Source: an uncultured Gammaproteobacteria bacterium
Lineage (GTDB): Bacteria; Patescibacteriota; Patescibacteriia; S139-126
Assembly (NCBI GenBank): GCA_964620905.1
Contig: CAZUKA010000001.1
Location: 298,589 to 362,588 of the forward strand
Length of the DNA: 64,000 nucleotides
Direction of reading: 5' to 3'
The notes beneath the pieces were generated by a model, which was not told the origin of the DNA, ran no database searches, and worked only from the letters and a program-made list of their open reading frames with translations. A program made the position numbers and the translations under genes. Of this stretch, positions 55,800 to 64,000 are shown in pieces; positions within the stretch are counted from its first letter, which is position 1, and the number at the start of each line of letters is the position of its first letter.

Positions 55800-57071
55800 T
55801 TAAAAATTAATCAGTTTAAACAAATTTTCTTTACTTAAACCACCACCCACTACAGCCAGATTTAATCGGTGCGAATCAATAATTCTCTGCCAAGCAGACC
55901 TGGCTGATGATAATTTTACCTCCTTAACTTTAGCCAGATACTGTAGCGGCGTTTCTAAAGGCAAATTATCTAACCAACGATCAGCATACCATTGAGCAAT
56001 ACGCGAACTGTCTTCAAAAGCCAAAATTGATTTGCCGTGAATATAATTTTTGGCTTTATCAAATTCTACTGACGATAATCCGCGTTTTTTCAAACTAACA
56101 AACTCCTTGGTTATCAAACTCACAGCCTGCAGCAAACGATCTTTATCCAGACCAGCATAAACTGCCCAAGTGCCGTTGTCAGCGAATGAATTTACTTGCG
56201 AACGAATATAATAACCTAGACCTTCGCGTTCCCTGATATTTATGAACAGACGTGAACTCATATTGCCTCCAAAAGCCACATTGGCGATTTTTAAAGGTAA
56301 AGTATGGATGGAGTTGTGTTTTATATCACCCACAAAACCCAAAGCCATATGAATTTGTTCAGTGGGTTTTTCTTTCAAAAAAACTTTGGCTTTATTTTGC
56401 CTAATAATATTTTTCTTGAAGTTGCCTTTTTTTCCAGGTTTTATTTGACCAAAAAATTTTTCAACTTGTCTAGTTACACTCGGTTGATCAATATGCCCAG
56501 CTACCACTACCAGCATATTTTTGGCAGTATAATAACGATGAAAAAACTTTATAAAATCCTTTTTTTTAAAAGCTGAAACTGTATCTTTGCTACCAGCAAT
56601 ATTTTTACCCAGTTGACTCTGAGGAAAAGCTGATTCATCAAAAACATCTTCCAATATCATCATTGGCGCGTCTTCATACATATTTATCTCTTCGATTATC
56701 ACTCCCTTTTCCCGTTCAATTTCTTTCTTAGCAAATAAAGAATACTGTAACATATCAGCCAATATATCCAAAGCCAATACTAAGTACTGGGCGTCAGTTT
56801 TTATATAATAGCAAGTATATTCCTTACCGGTAAAAGCGTTATAATCAGCACCGATTGAATCAAGTTCACGAGAAATTTTCAAAGTTGATGGCCGTCTAGT
56901 TGTCCCTTTGAACATCATATGTTCCGTAAAATGAGCTAAACCATTGGTTCTATCAGTTTCATAACGAGAGCCAACTCTGACTGCCACCAACACTGTCACC
57001 GCCTTAGTCCCCGCCAAAGGACTAATAACAGAAGTTAAGCCATTTTTATATTTTACCTGCTGAAACATCAA
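55800..57071 (-). CDS. M16 family Zn peptidase
   Basis: GLAHFTEHMMFKGT, NAFT and GGNMSSRLF motifs. Confidence 0.93.
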   Translation of the reverse strand: MMFQQVKYKNGLTSVISPLAGTKAVTVLVAVRVGSRYETDRTNGLAHFTEHMMFKGTTRRPSTLKISRELDSIGADYNAFTGKEYTCYYIKTDAQYLVLALDILADMLQYSLFAKKEIEREKGVIIEEINMYEDAPMMILEDVFDESAFPQSQLGKNIAGSKDTVSAFKKKDFIKFFHRYYTAKNMLVVVAGHIDQPSVTRQVEKFFGQIKPGKKGNFKKNIIRQNKAKVFLKEKPTEQIHMALGFVGDIKHNSIHTLPLKIANVAFGGNMSSRLFINIREREGLGYYIRSQVNSFADNGTWAVYAGLDKDRLLQAVSLITKEFVSLKKRGLSSVEFDKAKNYIHGKSILAFEDSSRIAQWYADRWLDNLPLETPLQYLAKVKEVKLSSARSAWQRIIDSHRLNLAVVGGGLSKENLFKLINF

Positions 57072-58462
57072 TTAAATTTATTTTTAAAATAATCAACCAG
57101 TTCTGCAATGGCAATACGTTCTTGCTGCATAGAATCACGATCGCGAACGGTTACTGATTTATCAGTGGAACTATCAAAATCAACAGTCAAACAATACGGC
57201 GTACCAATCTCATCCTGCCTTCGGTAGCGACGGCCGATAGATCCAGTTTCATCATATTGAACGTTGTAAAATTTATTTAACTGTCTAACTATTTCTCGTG
57301 CTTCAACCAACAATGGTTCTTTTTTAACCAAAGGTAAAACCGCAATTTTTACTGGTGCTAATTCATAGGGTAAACGCAAAACTACCTCGACATCTTTAGT
57401 CGCAGTAGTCGTGGTTGTCCGACCACCATCAATTTCAGTATAAGCTTCCAATAAAGTTACCAGAAATGTACGATCAACGCCTAATGATGGCTCTATAATA
57501 TGGGGTAAGTATTTTTCTTTACTCACTGGATCGGTATACTGCAAGTTCTGACCACTGAATTTCTGATGTTGAACCAAATCATAATCAGTCCGATAAGCCA
57601 AACCATACAACTCTTTACGACCAAACGGATAGTTGTATTCAAAATCAATTGTCCGACGCGAATAAAAAGCTCGTTCCTTTTCATCAATTTCGTGTAAAAA
57701 TAGATCCTCATTTTTAATACCTAAAAACTTGCACCAATTTTTCATTACTTCCAACCAATCAGTAAAATGTTTTTCCCAAACTTGGGGATGAACAAAATAT
57801 TCCACTTCCATTTGTTCAAACTCTCTAGTACGAAAAATAAAATTTTCTACTGTAATTTCATTACGGAAAGCCTTGCCAATTTGACCGATGCCAAAAGGAA
57901 CACGCAAACGCATGGCATCTACTACGTTTTTAAAATTTACAAAAATTCCCCCCGCTGTTTCTGGTCGTAGATAAACTTGTGCGGCTACTTCTTCCACCGG
58001 TCCCATAAAAGTTTTAAACATTAAGTTAAACTGCCGTACCGGCGTTAAATCACCGTTACAATCAGGACATTTAAATTCATCCAAAAAAAATGGTTTTTCC
58101 TTGTCATAACCGGGCACGATAGTATTGGCGGGTAAAATATGATCCGCTCGAAATCTTTTTTTACACTGTTTACAATCAATTAACGGATCAGTAAAATTCT
58201 GTACGTGTCCTGATGCTTCCCATACTTTGGGATGCATAATAATCGCTGCATCCAAACCAACCATATCCAAACGACTGGAAATAAACCTTTGCCACCAAGC
58301 ACGTTTTATATTGTTTTTCAGTTCCACACCCAAAGGACCATAATCATAAGCGGCTTGTAGTCCACCATATATTTCTGAGGAAGGAAAAATAAAACCGCGC
58401 CGCTTAAGTAGCGACACTAACTTATCCATTTTGTTTTCGCTAGCCGTTGAATTTTTTTCCAT
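57068..58462 (-). CDS. glyQS: Glycine--tRNA ligase (alpha2 type)
   Basis: EIYGG, YLRPETA, GKAFRNEI, FRTREFEQME and RRYRRQDEIGTP motifs. Confidence 0.96.
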   Translation of the reverse strand: MEKNSTASENKMDKLVSLLKRRGFIFPSSEIYGGLQAAYDYGPLGVELKNNIKRAWWQRFISSRLDMVGLDAAIIMHPKVWEASGHVQNFTDPLIDCKQCKKRFRADHILPANTIVPGYDKEKPFFLDEFKCPDCNGDLTPVRQFNLMFKTFMGPVEEVAAQVYLRPETAGGIFVNFKNVVDAMRLRVPFGIGQIGKAFRNEITVENFIFRTREFEQMEVEYFVHPQVWEKHFTDWLEVMKNWCKFLGIKNEDLFLHEIDEKERAFYSRRTIDFEYNYPFGRKELYGLAYRTDYDLVQHQKFSGQNLQYTDPVSKEKYLPHIIEPSLGVDRTFLVTLLEAYTEIDGGRTTTTTATKDVEVVLRLPYELAPVKIAVLPLVKKEPLLVEAREIVRQLNKFYNVQYDETGSIGRRYRRQDEIGTPYCLTVDFDSSTDKSVTVRDRDSMQQERIAIAELVDYFKNKFN

Positions 58463-58538
58463 TTAAATATATTTTAGTTCATAATACCTAATAATTATAA
58501 TGAATAATGGCCATTTTGGCAAATTAAAAAGCGGCTAA

Positions 58539-59411
58539 TCAGCCGCTGGATGGAAAGTAAAAAATTTTAATCTCATTGGGTAAAAAAAATTTATACAAAG
58601 ATAAAAACTCTGAGGTTTTGATCTTTAGCTTGTGGCTAGAAAAATTTTTTGAATATTTTATGAATCTTTGCTGTAACTCCTTTAATTCGGAGTAATTATT
58701 ATTGGATGTGATCAGTTTAACTTGATCCATAAAATATAATTTTTCTCCTTGTAGAAATGCCGGTTGGATTTTTTTTATGATAATATCTGTCGCAAAACTG
58801 CGAACTTTTTTGAAAAACAAATAACCACGTTTTAAATCGGCGGTATCAACCAAAAATTTTATTTCACTGATACCATATAAGGCAGGTCGAGTCATAACCT
58901 TTTCTAAAAAAGTTGCCAACAAAAAATGTTTCATGGGTAAAAATGATTGTTCATCAGCCACCAACTGCGGCCAAAAGGCGGGATCGGGTTTTAATGCAAT
59001 TTCGGTTGGACAAAAAAATTCTTGTCCTTTTACTTTTGTGTTAAAATTCATTACTTTTTCCCGACCGTTTAAAACATACTTCAGTAAAACCTGGTCATTT
59101 GTTTTGTCAGTAGTAAATCTCAATGTTTGATCTTTACCAAAACTTGCTTCCATGCCCATGGGTTTTAACTGATTGTCTTGAAAACAATAAAAATTGAAAA
59201 TTTGTGCCAATTTTGCTCTGGCGCCTTGAGCGATTTTTAATTTTTTAGGCTGGATAATACAGATCAAGGCTTGTTTATTATTTTTATCCGAAAATAATAT
59301 TTCATATTTTGGGAAATATTTTTTCCCACGAGTAACGACTGGTAAAAATGAAAAATCATTAATTACTTTCTGACACGCCTGATTGACTGCTCGCAAAAAA
59401 TTCTTTGCCAT
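58539..59411 (-). CDS. Orphan hypothetical protein
   Basis: TTGACT-17-TAAAAT promoter, AAGGAG SD, terminator at 58530-58547. Confidence 0.65.
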   Translation of the reverse strand: MAKNFLRAVNQACQKVINDFSFLPVVTRGKKYFPKYEILFSDKNNKQALICIIQPKKLKIAQGARAKLAQIFNFYCFQDNQLKPMGMEASFGKDQTLRFTTDKTNDQVLLKYVLNGREKVMNFNTKVKGQEFFCPTEIALKPDPAFWPQLVADEQSFLPMKHFLLATFLEKVMTRPALYGISEIKFLVDTADLKRGYLFFKKVRSFATDIIIKKIQPAFLQGEKLYFMDQVKLITSNNNYSELKELQQRFIKYSKNFSSHKLKIKTSEFLSLYKFFLPNEIKIFYFPSSG

Positions 59412-59498
59412 TTTTTATCTCCTTTTTTTATGTTAATGTATTTCACAAAATTTTAATAAAAATAAAAATAAAAGTCAAATATCTGCTATAATGTATTT

Positions 59499-59987
59499 AT
59501 GACTAAACGTGGTTTTAGTTTAATTGAAATATTAATTACTATCGCTATCATCGGCTTAATCAGTAGTATTGTTTTTATATCTCTGAGCGGAGTTAGAGAG
59601 AGATCGAGGGATACTAAAAGAAAAAGTGATATTGCCCAAATTGGTCGATTTTTAGCACTAGCTTGTTATGAACCAAATGCCGGAGATGGTAATTATGATT
59701 TGGCGGAATTAATCGACGAAATAAAAATAAAATTCCCTCAAATCAGTAGTTTTCTTTCCCACACACCGCGCGATCCAAAAATCGGCACTGATATGCAAAC
59801 TTATTATTATTATCTTTACTCAAGCGTGGATAAAAAATGTGCCCTTTATGCCAATTTAGAAAATGAGAATGAAACTATAACTTTACCAAATTTAAACCTA
59901 CCCACCCCCGGTGGCGGACAAGGAGTTTTACGAGCTAACAGTAATGGTCCCAACAACACTCCTATTTATTTTCAATACACCAACTAA
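59499..59987 (+). CDS. Type IV pilin/pseudopilin
   Basis: Prepilin site RG/FSLIEIL, SRDTKRKSD and PRDP motifs. Confidence 0.85.
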   Translation: MTKRGFSLIEILITIAIIGLISSIVFISLSGVRERSRDTKRKSDIAQIGRFLALACYEPNAGDGNYDLAELIDEIKIKFPQISSFLSHTPRDPKIGTDMQTYYYYLYSSVDKKCALYANLENENETITLPNLNLPTPGGGQGVLRANSNGPNNTPIYFQYTN

Positions 59988-60012
59988 AAACGGTACAAAT
60001 TGTACCGTTTTT
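59986..60012. terminator. Bidirectional terminator
   Basis: AAAAACGGTACAA/TTGTACCGTTTTT. Confidence 0.75.
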
Positions 60013-61136
60013 TATTGCCAATATTTTTTACCTTTTAATTCAGTGGGTAAATAATCATCTTGATCATATTTATCATAACCTTGACCATACTTCAAATCTT
60101 TTAAAAATCTTGTTGGCGCGTTTCTAATTTTTAAGGGTATGGGTAAGTTGCCATATTTTTTTACATCTTCACAAGCAGTTTGCCAACCATCATAAGCACT
60201 TCGGTCTTTTTTACAAGTAGCTAAATATACCGTGCCGTGAGCTAAATTGATAGCACCTTCTGGCAAGCCAACAGTTTCAACTGCTCGAAAAACTTCATTG
60301 GCTACTACCAAAGCGGTGGGTTGAGACATGCCTATATCTTCGCTAGCAAAAATAACCATCCGACGGGCAATAAATTTTGGATCTTCCCCAGCATCTATCA
60401 TTCGTGCCAAATAGTACAGTGCGGCATTGGGTTGACCGGCTCTCATACTTTTTATAAAAGCACTAATTGTATTGTAATGCTCTTCACCTTGTTTATCATA
60501 GCGTAAAAATTTAGCTTGCAAAGTATTTTTTAAATTATCTAAATTAATTGTTTGATAAAGATTGGCGGTATTTTCAATCATAGAAATAGCTTGTCTAGCA
60601 TCACCATTGGCCATATTTAATAACCAAGTCAGTTCTTCTTTTTTTAATTTATGACCAGTACGATTGATTATTTTAATCATATCTTTATCGGTCAATTCTT
60701 GCAGTACAAAGACCCGACAACGGGAAAGTAAAGGGGCAATTATTTCAAAACTTGGGTTTTCTGTTGTTGCACCAATTAATGTTAATTGGCCACTCTCTAC
60801 AAACGGCAATAAAAAATCCTGTTGCGATTTATTGAAACGATGAATTTCATCCAAAAATAAAACTTTGGGTTTATCAGCCTTAGTAGCGATAATCTTTCTA
60901 ATATCGTCTTTACCGGCCGATACAGCCGACAATTCAAAAAGTTGAGCTTGTAGGGCCTTAACGTAAATTCGTGCCAAAGTGGTTTTTCCCACACCCGGCG
61001 GACCCCATAAAACAAATGAAAATAAATGTTTTTTGGCAATCGCCACGCGCAAAGGCTTATTGACACCCACTAAATGTTCCTGACCACAAAATTCGTCTAA
61101 ATCTTTTGGTCTGATTTTATCTGCCAATGGTTGCAT
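60012..61136 (-). CDS. rarA: Replication-associated recombination ATPase RarA/MgsA
   Basis: PLADKIRP, GPPGVGKT, DEIHRF, ATTENP and ASEDIG motifs; start set at ATG 61136. Confidence 0.95.
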   Translation of the reverse strand: MQPLADKIRPKDLDEFCGQEHLVGVNKPLRVAIAKKHLFSFVLWGPPGVGKTTLARIYVKALQAQLFELSAVSAGKDDIRKIIATKADKPKVLFLDEIHRFNKSQQDFLLPFVESGQLTLIGATTENPSFEIIAPLLSRCRVFVLQELTDKDMIKIINRTGHKLKKEELTWLLNMANGDARQAISMIENTANLYQTINLDNLKNTLQAKFLRYDKQGEEHYNTISAFIKSMRAGQPNAALYYLARMIDAGEDPKFIARRMVIFASEDIGMSQPTALVVANEVFRAVETVGLPEGAINLAHGTVYLATCKKDRSAYDGWQTACEDVKKYGNLPIPLKIRNAPTRFLKDLKYGQGYDKYDQDDYLPTELKGKKYWQ

Positions 61137-61272
61137 ATTTATATTGTACACATCTAATCCAAATAAAAAAAGCTCAATAATTTTGAGTTAATTTCACTTT
61201 TAATCCAGACTCACTGATCAATATCATTTTAACTCATATTAAAAATTTAAAAAAAATGTTATAATAAAAACA

Positions 61273-61770
61273 ATGAAAAAAAATTCAAAACCAACAAATA
61301 AATTGCGAGTCGGTTGGTTCACTTTTAGTTGCTGCGAAGACAGCACTGTGCTCTTTACTGAACTTCTGAATGATCATTGGCAAGACTGGTTGCCTTATTT
61401 AGATTTTAAACACGCCAAAGTATTACAATCACGCAATGTCCTAACCGATATGGATGTGGCCTTTGTTGAAGGTGCGATTGCATCTCAAGAAAAAGAAAAA
61501 GAGTTAAAAAAAATTAGAGCCAAAACCAAAGTCTTAGTAGCAATCGGCGCCTGTGCAGTTACCGGCATGCCATCTGCTCAACGCAACGAATTTCCTGAAG
61601 AGGTTAGACAGGAAATTGATTTTTTACTCACCAAATTCAATTATGGTGATCAAGTAAAAAAACTTGAGGAACTAGTAAAAGTTGATGCCAAAGTTCCCGG
61701 TTGTCCTATGAACGAACAAAAGTTTGTTGAACTTATGGAAGAAATGTTTAAACAATTTAATATAAAATAA
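61273..61770 (+). CDS. NiFe hydrogenase small (delta-like) subunit, truncated to the proximal cluster domain
   Basis: SCCED, VEGAI, IGACA.TG and PGCP motifs. Confidence 0.85.
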   Translation: MKKNSKPTNKLRVGWFTFSCCEDSTVLFTELLNDHWQDWLPYLDFKHAKVLQSRNVLTDMDVAFVEGAIASQEKEKELKKIRAKTKVLVAIGACAVTGMPSAQRNEFPEEVRQEIDFLLTKFNYGDQVKKLEELVKVDAKVPGCPMNEQKFVELMEEMFKQFNIK

Positions 61771-63063
61771 ATGCACCTTATTGACTTTGATTTAAATATC
61801 AATGAAATCACCAAAGTAGAAGGATCAGCGGGACTTGATGTCAAAGTTACTGGTGGTAAAGTCGAGTATGTAAAATTTAAAGTTCAAGACTATAAAAGAT
61901 TTTATACTCAAGCTATCCAAGGAAAGCCAATTGCTGCTGTCCCTCAACTCTTATCCAGAATTTGTGGCACCTGTAGTATCGCCCATCTAATTGCCAGTAT
62001 TGAAGCCGTAGAAAAAACTTTAGGTTATCAGCCCACTCCGCAAACAAAAATTCTTCGCGATCTTACCTATCACGGATTGATTATTAGAGACCACGCTCTT
62101 CATCTTTATGTTTTTGTTCTGCCAGATTTATTTAATAAAGATTCTTTACTTGAATTTGATGAAACCGACAAATTACAACACCAGCTTCTCCATGATACTT
62201 TTGCTGTCAAAAGTGTTGGCAACAACTTAGCTAAATATACCGCCGGGCGTAGTGTCCATGCGCCATTCCCAGTACCCGGAGGATTTTTAAAAATTCCTGA
62301 CAATCAAGGTAAAACTGCTTTGCTTGAAGAAATGGAAAAAGTTAGACCAGCAGTTTTGAGGTTAATCGAGCTATTTTTAAATTCTACTGACACTCTGATT
62401 CGCCCAACCAACTACGCAGCATTAACCAGTGATAATTATTCATACCTTGAAGGTAAGCTTAGCGATCTCAATGGCGTTATCGCCGAAGAAGCAGAATTTC
62501 GCAATCACCTGGAACATGTAGTACTACCTTATTCCCAAGCTTCTGCTTATACCTTTGCTGGTCAACCCTACCGCGTGGGAGCGCTGGCTAGAATAAATCT
62601 GAACCAACAAGCCCTAAACCACCGAACCAAAAGAGATTGTAGTCAGGCTCTACAAGTCTTTCCTTCTCATAATGCTTACCACAACAACTTAGCCCAAGCT
62701 ATTGAAATCTTACACTCTATTGACGACACTATTGACCTTTTGAAATCAAATAATTTTCAACCGGAAAAACCAAATAAACTCGATATCAGACAAGCCACTG
62801 GCGTAGGTGTAGTAGAAGCTCCTAGGGGAACACTTTATCATAAACTTGAAATTGATGAAAAAGGAATAGTTACTAAAGGTGAAGTAATAGTACCAACTGG
62901 CCAAAATCAAATTACTATTGAACTTGATATTGCTGAATACATCCAAAAAAATCTTGACCAACCAAAAAAAGAGCTGGCTTTAGCTTGTGAAAAAATTATC
63001 CGTGCTTATGACCCCTGTATGAGCTGCGCTTCTCATTTTTTGGAAGTTAATTGGTTAGAATAG
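61771..63063 (+). CDS. NiFe hydrogenase large subunit (group 3b-related)
   Basis: TKVEG, L1 RICGTCSIAH, EAPRG and L2 DPCMSCASH with a short C-terminal tail. Confidence 0.93.
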   Translation: MHLIDFDLNINEITKVEGSAGLDVKVTGGKVEYVKFKVQDYKRFYTQAIQGKPIAAVPQLLSRICGTCSIAHLIASIEAVEKTLGYQPTPQTKILRDLTYHGLIIRDHALHLYVFVLPDLFNKDSLLEFDETDKLQHQLLHDTFAVKSVGNNLAKYTAGRSVHAPFPVPGGFLKIPDNQGKTALLEEMEKVRPAVLRLIELFLNSTDTLIRPTNYAALTSDNYSYLEGKLSDLNGVIAEEAEFRNHLEHVVLPYSQASAYTFAGQPYRVGALARINLNQQALNHRTKRDCSQALQVFPSHNAYHNNLAQAIEILHSIDDTIDLLKSNNFQPEKPNKLDIRQATGVGVVEAPRGTLYHKLEIDEKGIVTKGEVIVPTGQNQITIELDIAEYIQKNLDQPKKELALACEKIIRAYDPCMSCASHFLEVNWLE

Positions 63064-63421
63064 CCACTACCTTTTTAGCTAATAATTTAATATCCCCTTG
63101 CGATGGGATACCAATAATCCTTAAGGAGAGTTCGGGATTTATTTTTTTTATAAGTTTAAGTTCAGTAGCTAGATCATAATCATGTAAACTAAACCGACGC
63201 TGGTCTTTTATTTTATCGAGATCAGTAATTAAACATACTTGATCTAAATTTTTGACTACATCAATAATCCACCAAATAGATTCGGCGGGAGGAATGATTT
63301 GCTCTTGCGGATCTTGATGAATAAATTCCGCTGCAGGCATCATTTTTTTTAAATAAGGCACCAGTTTTAGCGCCAGGGAATCTTCTGGTAAATTAGGGTT
63401 GCCAAAAACGGATATTCTCAT
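63047..63421 (-). CDS. Hydrogenase maturation protease-like small protein
   Basis: VFGNP....D, IIDVV, SLHD and IIGIP motifs of the HycI/HybD fold; adjacent to the hydrogenase. Confidence 0.65.
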   Translation of the reverse strand: MRISVFGNPNLPEDSLALKLVPYLKKMMPAAEFIHQDPQEQIIPPAESIWWIIDVVKNLDQVCLITDLDKIKDQRRFSLHDYDLATELKLIKKINPELSLRIIGIPSQGDIKLLAKKVVAILTN

Positions 63422-64000
63422 TTTTGAAATTTAATTTTTCCTTTTTTTATGTCTTGAGGTTGTTTGAGCGATTTAATCTTTTGGGGATGTAAAATATTAT
63501 CAACGACATTCTGTGAGAAAATTTTAGCATCAGAAAAATCAATAATTATATTTTTTCTTATGATTGCCTGTTGCCAAATATTAAAATAAATATTATTTAA
63601 CTGCAACTGGTAAATGTTATCAAGTATTTCATCTTTATTTCCTACCGCCACAACTACTCCAAAATGGTGATAAACCAAATTGCCAACTTCTGCTTTTAAT
63701 TCTGTGGGTAACAAAACTTTTTTGAAAATTATATTTCCCAATGTTGTTTTTGTATGCAAAGTGACCAACCTTTTTTTAGAAACATAATCAATTTTTGTTA
63801 ATCGAGAAATATTCAATAAATGAGCCAGCGCATAGGCTGGGCCGTTCTGCCTATCAATTTGATTGTTTTTGATATCGTCAGCGTGATCCAATGCAAAACA
63901 ACGCAAAATGTCACTCTCCCCCAATTGGATTAAATGATGATGTTGGGCATATTTAGCCAAAGTTGACGGTGCGGCAGTAATAATATGTTGTCCTAAATCT
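63418..64000 (-). CDS. Hypothetical protein, partial (frame open to window end), with a HypC-like segment
   Basis: No in-frame stop in 63961-64000; EVGNLVYHHFGVVV resembles HypC VGDYVLVHxG. Confidence 0.5.
   Translation of the reverse strand, partial: DLGQHIITAAPSTLAKYAQHHHLIQLGESDILRCFALDHADDIKNNQIDRQNGPAYALAHLLNISRLTKIDYVSKKRLVTLHTKTTLGNIIFKKVLLPTELKAEVGNLVYHHFGVVVAVGNKDEILDNIYQLQLNNIYFNIWQQAIIRKNIIIDFSDAKIFSQNVVDNILHPQKIKSLKQPQDIKKGKIKFQK

Overview
AT-rich bacterial chromosome segment in standard code 11 (TGA is used as a stop). Gene content and style suggest a Patescibacteria/CPR (Parcubacteria-like) genome, which is an inference. Most of it is housekeeping and mostly on the minus strand: rplY, rodA, dnaE, thrS, miaBA, gatB, a thymidylate cluster (dCMP deaminase, dut, thyA, folA, tdk-like, tmk), secE-nusG-rplK-rplA, pheST-gyrB, a UvrD-nuclease fusion, a complete F1Fo operon, rmuC-tatD-cvpA-metG-rsmI-glyS, rarA and a two-subunit NiFe hydrogenase. 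I saw no rRNA, tRNA, CRISPR, transposase or integrase. Main observations: (1) an intact Thr-specific T-box riboswitch separated from thrS by an antisense orphan gene; (2) about 14 orphan or accessory genes built as self-contained promoter-SD-ORF-terminator cassettes, while several core genes look leaderless; (3) seven of these cassettes have the stop codon in or at the edge of the terminator loop; (4) a dispersed family of 7-bp-period repeats, including in-frame copies in miaA and the helicase; (5) a DHH-like protein with permuted motif order; (6) tandem phospho-His swivel-domain proteins behind the helicase-nuclease. All calls come from reading the sequence and recognising motifs; no database searches were run.
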